This document shows positions 1-7,592 of a stretch of 64,000 bases of DNA, one piece after another. The notes below the pieces were generated by a model that was not told the origin of the DNA, ran no database searches, and worked only from the letters and a program-made list of their open reading frames with translations. This DNA is from Woeseiaceae bacterium. Its GTDB lineage: Bacteria; Pseudomonadota; Gammaproteobacteria; Steroidobacterales; Woeseiaceae. The stretch is taken from positions 1,450-65,449 of the forward strand of contig JBFFEB010000009.1 of the NCBI GenBank assembly GCA_041559075.1. Reading direction: 5' to 3'. The translations under genes were made by a program, and so were the position numbers. The stretch's first letter is position 1; each line of letters starts with the position of its first letter.

Positions 1-1897
1 AGATCGTCTCGGCGGCGAGGACCCGGCGCACATACTCGCGGGTCTCGTTGAACGGGATGTTCTCGATCCAGATGCGCGCATCGATCACCGAAGAGCGCGG
101 CAGCCAGCGATCGACGCGATGCGGTCCGGCATTGTAGGCGGCCGTAGCCAGCACATGGTTACCGTCGTAACGGGCGGCCATGCTGCCCAGGTATGAGGTG
201 CCGAGGCGGATGTTTTGGTTCGGGTCCGTCAGCGTGTCGAGCCCGGAGTAGGGCAGCTTGATCTCCCGCGCAACCTGCCGGCCGGTAGCCGGCATGAGTT
301 GCATCAGGCCGATAGCCCCGGCACGCGAGCGGACGTCCCGCATGAACAGGCTCTCGCTGCGTGCGATCCCGAGCGCCCAGGTGGTCGCAATACTGGCCGC
401 CGAGGCCGACTGTTCGAACGACTGCCTGAACGGCAGCGGATAGCGCAACGCCAGGTCGTCATAATGGCCCACAGATGCGGCCGTCGCGATGGCCCGCGAA
501 TGCCAGCCCCAGCGGTGTGCAAGCACCGCGGCCTGTGTTTTTTCCCCGGCGGACAGGCCGGCAACCGCCGCGTCCCACTCCGACCGGCCGCGGCTGTCCA
601 AGCCGACGAGGAACAGCTCGCGCGCCCGCACCAGGTCCTGCCGCCGGGACAGGGTTTCAATCACCGTTTCGTCAGCCTCGAGCGTATCGTGTGCGAATAC
701 ATAGGCGGCCCCGAGTTCGTCGGCGGCGAGGAAGCCGTAGTAGCTGCGCTCGGCAGCAAGTGGCTCCAGCACCGCTTGCGCCGCCGGGCCGCGGCCCGTT
801 CGGGCCAGCGCGATGCCGCGCCAGTACTGCCACTGTTCCGAATCACGCTCGGTTGTGGTCATCATGGCGATGTCATTGAGCAGGTCCTCCCAGCGTTCGG
901 CTCGGAGGCTCACGCGGGCACGCCACCGCATGACTTCTTCGTCCTGGGCCGAGAGCGGCAGGTTTGCCAGCTGGTCGTAACCGCCAGGGAGGTTATCGCG
1001 CGCGGTCCAGAGTGCGATGTGGCGCCGGGTAGCGTGGCGAAGACTTTCCGGAAATGCGTAATCCCCCTCCAGGCTGTTCCACAGCTTCAGCGCCAGCCCG
1101 GGGTCCCGGTAGGTGACTCGCTCGATCGCGTAAGCGAGCTGCTCGCTCGATAGGTCGATTTCGGCCGGTTGCGCGTGCCTTGCGATGAATCGCTCCGGCT
1201 TCGTGTGGGCCTCGAGCCAGTCGTTTGCCTGTTCGAGCGCGGCGTCATCCAGGGACCTCGCAAGCCAGCGCGCCCTGGTGAATTCGCGAGCTTCGATGGC
1301 CAGCACGAAACGTGCGCGGTAATCGCCTTCCGTTAGCCGTTTCGTGTCGCGCATCCAGCCGAAGACAGGGTCGCATTCCTCCGCCTGGCTTTGACCCGTC
1401 AGCCATAGTTGACGGCCTTTTTGCTCGACGCGATCACCGTTTCCGGCTTGGATCTCGGCATGCAGAGCAATGCAGTCGAGTCTGGCGATGCCGAGCCCTT
1501 GGTAGTACGCCCGGTAGATGCCGAGGAAGTCGTCGATCAGCCCGGCTCGCGCCAGATGCAGGGCATAACGATAGCGCAACTCCCTCGCGGGCTTGAGCGT
1601 GCCGTGCTGTTGCAGGAAGGCCTCGACGTCTTCCCGACCCGCCTTTTGAAGCGTGGCCCGGAACCATGCCGCGCGCAGGTCAGGCCAGAGAATGTAAGCC
1701 TGCAGCCGCTCGAGTTCCCCCGCGCTCAGTGCATCGACGGTATTCCACTGCCCGCGTTCAACATCGGCATATACCTCGTGGAACAACGCGCGCTGTTCCT
1801 CGATTTCCGTGGCGGTTACGGCGGTTCCCTGGAGCAGAAGGCCCATTGCGGCAACGATGCCGGCGGCGGGCTTCAGGAGGGCCAAATGGAGCGACAT
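1..1897 (-). CDS. slt: soluble lytic murein transglycosylase (Slt70-like); C-terminal end lies outside the window
   Basis: Not in the ORF track because there is no stop inside the window. My translation of the minus strand from the ATG at 1897 gives MSLHLALLKPAAGIVAAMGLLLQGTAVTA (signal-like), a long helical-repeat region, then a lysozyme-like domain with GIARSESLFMRDVRSRAGAIGLMQLMPATG and LATAAYNAGPHRVDRW. The frame stays open to base 1. The plus-strand ORF 215..1153 is its shadow. Confidence 0.85.
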   Translation of the reverse strand, partial: MSLHLALLKPAAGIVAAMGLLLQGTAVTATEIEEQRALFHEVYADVERGQWNTVDALSAGELERLQAYILWPDLRAAWFRATLQKAGREDVEAFLQQHGTLKPARELRYRYALHLARAGLIDDFLGIYRAYYQGLGIARLDCIALHAEIQAGNGDRVEQKGRQLWLTGQSQAEECDPVFGWMRDTKRLTEGDYRARFVLAIEAREFTRARWLARSLDDAALEQANDWLEAHTKPERFIARHAQPAEIDLSSEQLAYAIERVTYRDPGLALKLWNSLEGDYAFPESLRHATRRHIALWTARDNLPGGYDQLANLPLSAQDEEVMRWRARVSLRAERWEDLLNDIAMMTTTERDSEQWQYWRGIALARTGRGPAAQAVLEPLAAERSYYGFLAADELGAAYVFAHDTLEADETVIETLSRRQDLVRARELFLVGLDSRGRSEWDAAVAGLSAGEKTQAAVLAHRWGWHSRAIATAASVGHYDDLALRYPLPFRQSFEQSASAASIATTWALGIARSESLFMRDVRSRAGAIGLMQLMPATGRQVAREIKLPYSGLDTLTDPNQNIRLGTSYLGSMAARYDGNHVLATAAYNAGPHRVDRWLPRSSVIDARIWIENIPFNETREYVRRVLAAETI

Positions 1898-1983
1898 CGT
1901 TATTGCGCAGTCCCTTGTGCGTTACAGGAATGTCTGTAATGAAACCTTACTCAGCCCCCGGAACTGGTGCAACAGGCCGCGCC

Positions 1984-2019
1984 GAAAAAGAACCGGGCCG
2001 CCCTCGAGCAACCCGGTCC
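1984..2019 (-). terminator. candidate rho-independent terminator downstream of the degP-like gene
   Basis: The minus strand reads GACCGGG-ttgctcgagggcgg-CCCGGTT followed by CTTTTTC. The stem is short (6-7 bp) with a 14-nt loop and a T-run, located 26 nt after the stop. Confidence 0.4.
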
Positions 2020-2044
2020 TCTCACGTGTATTGGCCGCTGCCTG

Positions 2045-3391
2045 TCAGCGTATCTGTAGCATCAGTGCACGGTCGCCGCGCTGCACGAGCAGGAACAGGA
2101 TGCGGCTGCTCGATGCGATCTCGTTGAGTTCGTCGAGGGACCGCACGGGGCGCCGATTGATCGCGGTAATGACGTCGCCGGCACGCAGGCCTCGCTGGGC
2201 AGCCGGGCTTCCCGGTTCGACGGCAGTCACCTCGACGCCGTCGTCGCGCGAGGCGGATGATTCGGCGAACTGAGCACCCACGAGCCCGGGGTGGATTTCC
2301 GCGCCGACGCTCGCTGCCGTAAGCTGCTGGCCCAGCGATGTTGACGTCTTGCGCTTGTCGTTGTCGCGGAAGTATTCAATTTCCACGTCATCGCCCGAGC
2401 GCATCAGCCCGATCGTGTTCCTGAGCTCAGCCGCACCGGCGATCCTCTTGTCGTTGACGCCGACGATGATGTCGTCCACTTCCAGGCCGGCGTCTTCCGC
2501 CGCCGAGCCCGGTTCGACTCGCGTAATCAGGGCGCCGCTGCTGACAGGCGAATTCAGCGCTTCAGCAACTTCGGGATTGATGTCGGCAATCGAGACGCCG
2601 AGCAGGCCGCGCCGGACTTCGCCAAAGTCGAGGATCTGGCGCATGATCGAACTCGCGATCTCCGTCGGCACGGCGAAACCGATTCCGACGTTGCCGCCTG
2701 TACGGCTGATGATGGCCGAGTTGATGCCGACGAGCTCGCCGCGTAGATTCACGAGCGCGCCTCCCGAGTTGCCGGGATTGATGGAGGCGTCGGTCTGGAT
2801 GAAGTCTTCGTAGCCATCGCGACTGATGCCGCTGCGACCCAGCGCACTGACGATTCCCGATGTCACCGTGTGGCCCAGGCCGAACGGGTTGCCGATGGCG
2901 AGCACGAAATCACCCACCCGGACGCGCTCGGAATCACCGATCGGCATGTCGGTCAGCCCTTTCGCATCGACCTTGATGACTGCGATGTCGGTCGCAGCAT
3001 CCGAGCCGACGATCTCTGCATCGAAGACTTCCCCGTCCATCGTCGAGATCTGGATCTGGTCGGCCTGGTCAACGACGTGGTGGTTGGTCAGGATATAGCC
3101 GTTCTCGGCGTCGACGATGACGCCAGAACCGGCGCTCGCGACCTCGCGTTGCCCGCCGCCCGGGACGTCCGGCAAGCCGAAAAAGCGCCGGAACGCTTCG
3201 TCGCCGAAGTGCCCGCCAGTGCTGACAGTCTGGCTCACTCGGATGTTCACGACGGCCGGCGATACCCGCTCCACGAGCGGCGCCAGGCTCGGCAGTTCTT
3301 CATCATTAACCATCGCCGGCAGAGCCGCCCATGTTGCCACGGACAAGACCAGCAGCAGGCCGGCGATCAGGGTTCGGAAATTAGTCATCAT
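2045..3391 (-). CDS. periplasmic serine endoprotease, HtrA family (DegP/DegQ/MucD-like, two PDZ domains)
   Basis: 448 aa. N-terminal signal MMTNFRTLIAGLLLVLSVATWAA. Trypsin-like triad context: TNHHVV, DIAVIKV, GNSGGALVNLRGELVGINSAI. The long C-terminal half is consistent with two PDZ domains. Confidence 0.9.
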   Translation of the reverse strand: MMTNFRTLIAGLLLVLSVATWAALPAMVNDEELPSLAPLVERVSPAVVNIRVSQTVSTGGHFGDEAFRRFFGLPDVPGGGQREVASAGSGVIVDAENGYILTNHHVVDQADQIQISTMDGEVFDAEIVGSDAATDIAVIKVDAKGLTDMPIGDSERVRVGDFVLAIGNPFGLGHTVTSGIVSALGRSGISRDGYEDFIQTDASINPGNSGGALVNLRGELVGINSAIISRTGGNVGIGFAVPTEIASSIMRQILDFGEVRRGLLGVSIADINPEVAEALNSPVSSGALITRVEPGSAAEDAGLEVDDIIVGVNDKRIAGAAELRNTIGLMRSGDDVEIEYFRDNDKRKTSTSLGQQLTAASVGAEIHPGLVGAQFAESSASRDDGVEVTAVEPGSPAAQRGLRAGDVITAINRRPVRSLDELNEIASSSRILFLLVQRGDRALMLQIR

Positions 3392-3483
3392 GTATTGCTT
3401 GCCTCAAGCTTTCGGAAGCCGATTTTCAGGGTACGGCACGGCGCCTGAATCGCCGGTGAATTCGCGATTATAGGCCCAATGCC

Positions 3484-3510
3484 ATCGACACCGGTAAAGC
3501 GTGTGAGTTC
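3484..3510 (-). promoter_or_regulatory. candidate sigma-E/AlgU-type promoter upstream of the degP-like gene
   Basis: The minus strand reads GAACTC-N16-TCGAT, compared with the GAACTT-N16/17-TCTGA consensus. It lies about 95 nt upstream of the start codon. Motif match only. Confidence 0.3.
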
Positions 3511-3534
3511 CCGCGGGCCTGTCGACGAACAGAT

Positions 3535-3565
3535 GCACGGGCGCGATCATCGGTCGCGCCCGTGC
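3535..3565 (-). terminator. strong hairpin just downstream of hsp20 (probable terminator/attenuator before the degP-like gene)
   Basis: Perfect 12-bp GC-rich stem GCACGGGCGCGA / TCGCGCCCGTGC with a 7-nt loop, starting 10 nt after the hsp20 stop. The trailing U-tract on the minus strand is weak (aucuguucg). Confidence 0.5.
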
Positions 3566-3574
3566 AAGGAATCG

Positions 3575-4015
3575 TCAGGCGGCCTGGACTTCGATGCGGC
3601 GCGCCTGGACCTGCGGCTGCTTCGGGATCGAGACCTCCAGGATACCGTTGCGGCAGTGCGCCGAGATATTCTCGGCATCGGCCGTATCCGGCAGGGAGAA
3701 ACGGCGGAAGAATCGGCCGCTGACGCGTTCCATGCGCTGCAGCCCCGCATCTTCGCCGTGCCCCTCTTGCATGCGCCGGCCCGCGACAGTGAGAATGCCG
3801 CCGTCCATGCTGACTTCGATATCAGCCGGATCGACGCCCGGAACGTCCGCGCGCAGCACGAAACGCTCTTTTTCCTCGATGATGTCGACCGCCGGTACCC
3901 AGTCCGTCACGACCGCTTCACTGTCGCCGGCCGGAATATGGCGCGCGGCAAGCCGGTCGAGGTCCCGATGCAGCATGTCAACGATGCTCCAAGGCTCAAA
4001 TCGTCTCAGATTCAT
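3575..4015 (-). CDS. small heat-shock protein, Hsp20/alpha-crystallin family (IbpA-like)
   Basis: ORF 3575..4183 trimmed to the internal ATG at 4015 (MNLRRFEPWSIVDML...), which is preceded by AAGGAG at about 8 nt. The alpha-crystallin core is WVPAVDIIEEKERFVLRADVPGVDPADIEVSMDGGILTVAGRR...FFRRFSLPDTAD...NGILEVSIPK. Confidence 0.9.
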   Translation of the reverse strand: MNLRRFEPWSIVDMLHRDLDRLAARHIPAGDSEAVVTDWVPAVDIIEEKERFVLRADVPGVDPADIEVSMDGGILTVAGRRMQEGHGEDAGLQRMERVSGRFFRRFSLPDTADAENISAHCRNGILEVSIPKQPQVQARRIEVQAA

Positions 4016-4084
4016 GGTTCTATACTCCTTGCGAAAGGGTGTGTTCAGGCCATGCCGGCCCCACACGATTGCTGTTGCGCGCCT

Positions 4085-4112
4085 ATCTGTGGGCTCGCTG
4101 GGGCAATTCAAG
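4085..4112 (-). promoter_or_regulatory. sigma-32 (RpoH)-type heat-shock promoter candidate for hsp20
   Basis: The minus strand reads CTTGAAT-N11-GCCCACAGAT, compared with the sTTGAAA ... GnCCCCATwT consensus (8 of 9 specified -10 positions). It lies about 70 nt upstream of the hsp20 ATG. Confidence 0.5.
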
Positions 4113-4179
4113 GCGCCGAAACGTGCGAATTTCGGCCTGTAATCCCTCGATTTGCGGCTGTCGCCGATTTCACTTAATG

Positions 4180-4195
4180 GCACTATATGTAGTGC
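4180..4195. promoter_or_regulatory. NrdR-box-like palindrome (distal)
   Basis: gCACtatatgtaGTGc has the CAC-N8-GTG pattern with an AT-rich core and 7 of 8 half-site symmetry, matching the acaCwAtATaTwGtgt NrdR consensus. It sits in the hsp20/nrdJ divergent region. Confidence 0.55.
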
Positions 4196-4316
4196 TTCGT
4201 TGTTTTCACAAAAGTGTCACTTTTTTTTCTGTTTTTTTAAGGCAGAATCTTCGTTAAAGCTTTTAACTAACTGTTTTTAAATATATAAAGCACTCATAAA
4301 AAAATCAGCTAAACCC

Positions 4317-4345
4317 TTGACAGTGGCCTGCTACGGGCATAATCT
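4317..4345 (+). promoter_or_regulatory. sigma-70 promoter candidate for nrdJab
   Basis: TTGACA (4317-4322), exactly 17 bp of spacer, then TAATCT (4340-4345). An A/T-rich UP-like tract (4200-4310) lies upstream. Confidence 0.6.
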
Positions 4346-4358
4346 TGACCGTGTTCGG

Positions 4359-4374
4359 ACACAACATCTTGTGT
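4359..4374. promoter_or_regulatory. NrdR box (promoter-proximal)
   Basis: aCACaacatcttGTGt (CAC-N8-GTG, 7 of 8 symmetric), embedded in the perfect inverted repeat ggacaca...tgtgtcc. It lies 13 bp downstream of the -10 and therefore overlaps the expected transcription start. Confidence 0.7.
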
Positions 4375-4520
4375 CCAATTAACGAGGGTCTAGGGGCCAC
4401 CTCTGAGACTCGCCGCGAGAAAATACACAAGCGGCGAGAGGGCACCTGTTTCCTCGCAAAACTTGGGGCACGCCACACATTCGGGGCCTCCGAAGGGAGT
4501 TTAGGGGAGTATTTTTGCCA

Positions 4521-6677
4521 ATGAAGTCCGCCGTTCATCTGGATGCGCACACGGTCGCCGACATCAAATTTCAGCCAGCATCGCGCGATATCTGGGACGC
4601 CAAGTACCGGCTCGTTGCGAAAGACGGAACGAAGCTCGACGAGACGATCGACGACACCTATAAGAGAGTCGCGAGAGCGCTCGCAGACGTAGAAACCGAG
4701 TCGAAACGGGAGCACTATTTCAACGAATTCCTCTGGGCGCTCCGCAGCGGCGCGATACCTGCAGGACGCATCATGTCGAACGCGGGTGCCCTGGAACATA
4801 AGCCGGCCACGTCCACGATCAACTGCACGGTATCGGGTACCGTCGGCGACTCGATGGACAATATCCTGAACAAGGTGCACGAAGCCGGCCTGACTCTGAA
4901 GGCCGGTTGCGGCATCGGTTACGAGTTCTCGACGCTGCGGCCGAAAGGAGCGTACGTCACTGGTGCCGGTGCCTATACCTCCGGCCCCCTGTCGTTCATG
5001 GACATCTATGACAAGATGTGTTTCACGGTGTCATCGGCCGGTGGCCGTCGTGGCGCGCAGATGGGCACGTTCGATGTTGGCCATCCCGACGTCATGGATT
5101 TCATTCGCGCCAAGCGCGAAGACGGGCGCCTGCGCCAGTTCAACTTGTCGCTGCTCATCACTGACGAGTTCATGCAGTCCGTCATCAACGATGACGACTG
5201 GAGACTCGCTTTCCCGATCACGCGGAAGGAGATGGAGCAGGACGACCTCGACATTACCGACGACAGCCAGTTTGTTTGGCGGGAATGGCCGGAGGCGGGC
5301 AATTACGTGACCAATCCCGAAGGGCTGGTTGCTTGCAAGATCTACAAGACGTTGCCGGCGCGGCGGGTATGGGATGTCATTATGGCGTCGACCTACGATT
5401 TTGCCGAGCCGGGGTTCGTGTTGATCGATAAGGTCAACGAAATGAACAACAACTGGTTCTGCGAGAACATCCGCGCAACCAACCCGTGTGGCGAGCAGCC
5501 GCTCCCGCCCTATGGGTCCTGCCTGCTCGGCTCCGTCAATCTCACCCGTTTCGTGGGGGATGCGTTCACCGAGGACGCGCGGTTTGACTGGGAATCATTC
5601 CGCAAGGTCGTCAGGGTTTTCACACGAATGCTCGACAATGTGGTCGAGATCAACGGTCTGCCGCTGCCGCAGCAGCGCAACGAGATCCAACGCAAGCGCC
5701 GTCACGGGATGGGTTTCCTGGGCCTCGGCTCCGCAATCACGATGCTGCGTATGAAGTACGGTGACGAACAGTCCGTGAAATTCACGGAAGACGTGGCACG
5801 AGAGCTTGCGATCGCCGGCTGGGAAGAGGGCCTGCAGCTCGCGAAGGAGAAAGGGCCGGCGCCGATCATGAACGAGCAGTTCGAGGTGACGGAAGAGATG
5901 CTCGCGCGACGCCCGGAAATGCGCGGGGATGGTTACCGGGCCGGCGACAAGGTTCCCGGACGAATCCTGCACGCGCGCTATAGCCACTACATGCAGCGCC
6001 TGGCCGCGGAAGCGCCAGAACTGGTCAAGGAACTGTCGGAGACCGGGGCACGATTCACGCATCACAGTTCGATCGCACCGACGGGTACGATTTCTCTGTC
6101 GTTGGCCAACAATGCGTCCAACGGCATCGAGCCGAGCTTTGCACACCACTACTTCCGCAACGTGATCCGGCAGGGCAAGAAGACGAAGGAAAAGGTCGAC
6201 GTATTCTCGTTCGAATTGCTCGCCTATCGCGAGCTCGTCGACAAGGAGGCACTGCCGCACGGTGCCCAGGACGGAACCGCGGGGAACAGCCTGCCGGACT
6301 ACTTCATCACTGCGGAGGATATTTCGCCCACCGAGCACGTGGATATCCAGGCGGCGGCCCAGAAATGGATCGATTCGTCGATTTCGAAGACTGCCAACGT
6401 GCCGACCGACTATGCGTACGACGATTTCAAGGACATCTACCTGTATGCCTACAAGCAGGGCCTGAAAGGGTGTACGACGTTCCGCTTCAATCCCGAAGCA
6501 TTCCAGGGCGTACTCGTGAAAGAGAAGGACCTGAAGAACACGGTCTATACGTTCACGCTGGAAGACGGTTCGACGATCGAGGTAAAGGGCGACGAAGAGA
6601 TCGAGTACGATGGCGAGACGCACACCGCGGCCAATCTCTTCGACGCGCTCAAAGAAGGCTATTACGGAAAATTTTGA
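4521..6677 (+). CDS. nrdJ: class II (adenosylcobalamin-dependent) ribonucleotide reductase, large N-terminal polypeptide (NrdJa)
   Basis: ORF 4515..6677. The ATG at 4521 is preferred (GGGGAG about 11 nt upstream) over the TTG at 4515. RNR barrel motifs are present: NCTVSGTV, NPCGEQPLPPYGSCLLGSVNL, SSIAPTGTISL, SISKTANVP. The polypeptide ends before the usual NrdJ C-terminal Cys cluster. Confidence 0.92.
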   Translation: MKSAVHLDAHTVADIKFQPASRDIWDAKYRLVAKDGTKLDETIDDTYKRVARALADVETESKREHYFNEFLWALRSGAIPAGRIMSNAGALEHKPATSTINCTVSGTVGDSMDNILNKVHEAGLTLKAGCGIGYEFSTLRPKGAYVTGAGAYTSGPLSFMDIYDKMCFTVSSAGGRRGAQMGTFDVGHPDVMDFIRAKREDGRLRQFNLSLLITDEFMQSVINDDDWRLAFPITRKEMEQDDLDITDDSQFVWREWPEAGNYVTNPEGLVACKIYKTLPARRVWDVIMASTYDFAEPGFVLIDKVNEMNNNWFCENIRATNPCGEQPLPPYGSCLLGSVNLTRFVGDAFTEDARFDWESFRKVVRVFTRMLDNVVEINGLPLPQQRNEIQRKRRHGMGFLGLGSAITMLRMKYGDEQSVKFTEDVARELAIAGWEEGLQLAKEKGPAPIMNEQFEVTEEMLARRPEMRGDGYRAGDKVPGRILHARYSHYMQRLAAEAPELVKELSETGARFTHHSSIAPTGTISLSLANNASNGIEPSFAHHYFRNVIRQGKKTKEKVDVFSFELLAYRELVDKEALPHGAQDGTAGNSLPDYFITAEDISPTEHVDIQAAAQKWIDSSISKTANVPTDYAYDDFKDIYLYAYKQGLKGCTTFRFNPEAFQGVLVKEKDLKNTVYTFTLEDGSTIEVKGDEEIEYDGETHTAANLFDALKEGYYGKF

Positions 6678-6718
6678 AGCAGTGCGCGGCGTCAGGCGCC
6701 TGTTGAGGAATTCATCAC

Positions 6719-7423
6719 ATGAAGATTGAGAAGAAAATCGTCGGCTACGCGGTCAAGCAGCCCACAGCGGAAGAGAAGAACGAGCGGCCCGAGCTTCGTC
6801 GCGAAGGCGGCGGAGGCAACCGTGCCGAAGTCATCCGGATGCACGAAAAGCTCGAGCGCCCCGAGATGCTGGTTGGTTCGACCTACAAGGTGAAGACGCC
6901 GGTGTCCGACCATGCAATGTACGTCACCATCAACGACATCGTGCTCAACGAGGGAACCGAGCACGAGAAACGGCGGCCGTTCGAGATCTTTATCAACTCC
7001 AAGAACCTCGATCATTACCAGTGGATTGTTGCACTGACGCGCATTATTTCGGCGGTTTTTCGCAAGGGCGGCGACGTTACGTTCCTCGTCGACGAGCTGA
7101 AAGCGGTTTTCGATCCGCGCGGTGGCTACTGGCAGTCCGGCGGCAAGTACATGCCCTCGATCATCGCGGAACTCGGGTATATCGTCGAGAAGCACCTGAT
7201 TGCGATCGGGCTGCTCTCGCGGCAGGAACTCGACGAGGGTCAGAAGCAACTAATCGCCGAAAAGCGGGCTGAATTCGAAGAGTCGCGCAAGCAGCAGGAT
7301 GCGTTCTCGACGAGCGAATTTCCGGAAGGGGCGCAGCTGTGCAAGAAGTGCAATACGGCGGCGGTCATCATGATGGACGGCTGTATGACCTGTCTTGCCT
7401 GCGGCGACTCCAAGTGCGGCTGA
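6719..7423 (+). CDS. nrdJ: class II ribonucleotide reductase, small C-terminal polypeptide (NrdJb)
   Basis: 234 aa. GAGGAA sits 7 nt upstream of the ATG, 41 nt after the nrdJa stop. The sequence contains HAMYVTINDIVLNEG...FEIFINSKN and ends in the Cys cluster CKKCNTAAVIMMDGCMTCLACGDSKCG typical of the NrdJ C-terminus. Confidence 0.85.
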   Translation: MKIEKKIVGYAVKQPTAEEKNERPELRREGGGGNRAEVIRMHEKLERPEMLVGSTYKVKTPVSDHAMYVTINDIVLNEGTEHEKRRPFEIFINSKNLDHYQWIVALTRIISAVFRKGGDVTFLVDELKAVFDPRGGYWQSGGKYMPSIIAELGYIVEKHLIAIGLLSRQELDEGQKQLIAEKRAEFEESRKQQDAFSTSEFPEGAQLCKKCNTAAVIMMDGCMTCLACGDSKCG

Positions 7424-7592
7424 GTTCGTCTGAGGCGGCACCCCGCGGCGTCAACTAGAGCGCGGAATCTGCTCACGTATCGACGTGGACGATGCGCGAC
7501 TCCGCGTTGCTTTAGCTTGCAGTGCATCCACCTAAGCAACACGGTGTACCTCTGAGGTGCTCGGATGTGACTGGTCGTGTTAAATTCGCGCC

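Noticed and set aside
215-1153. 312-aa plus-strand ORF at the left edge, and smaller ORFs up to about 2270.
   Set aside because: They are shadows of the minus-strand slt gene, whose translation shows clear lytic-transglycosylase motifs. The plus-strand products are Arg/Pro/Gly-rich with no motifs.
4207-4216. Possible third NrdR box CACaaaaGTG between the two boxes.
   Set aside because: The CAC and GTG arms are separated by 4 nt, not the 8 nt of a 16-bp NrdR box, and the half-sites are otherwise not symmetric.
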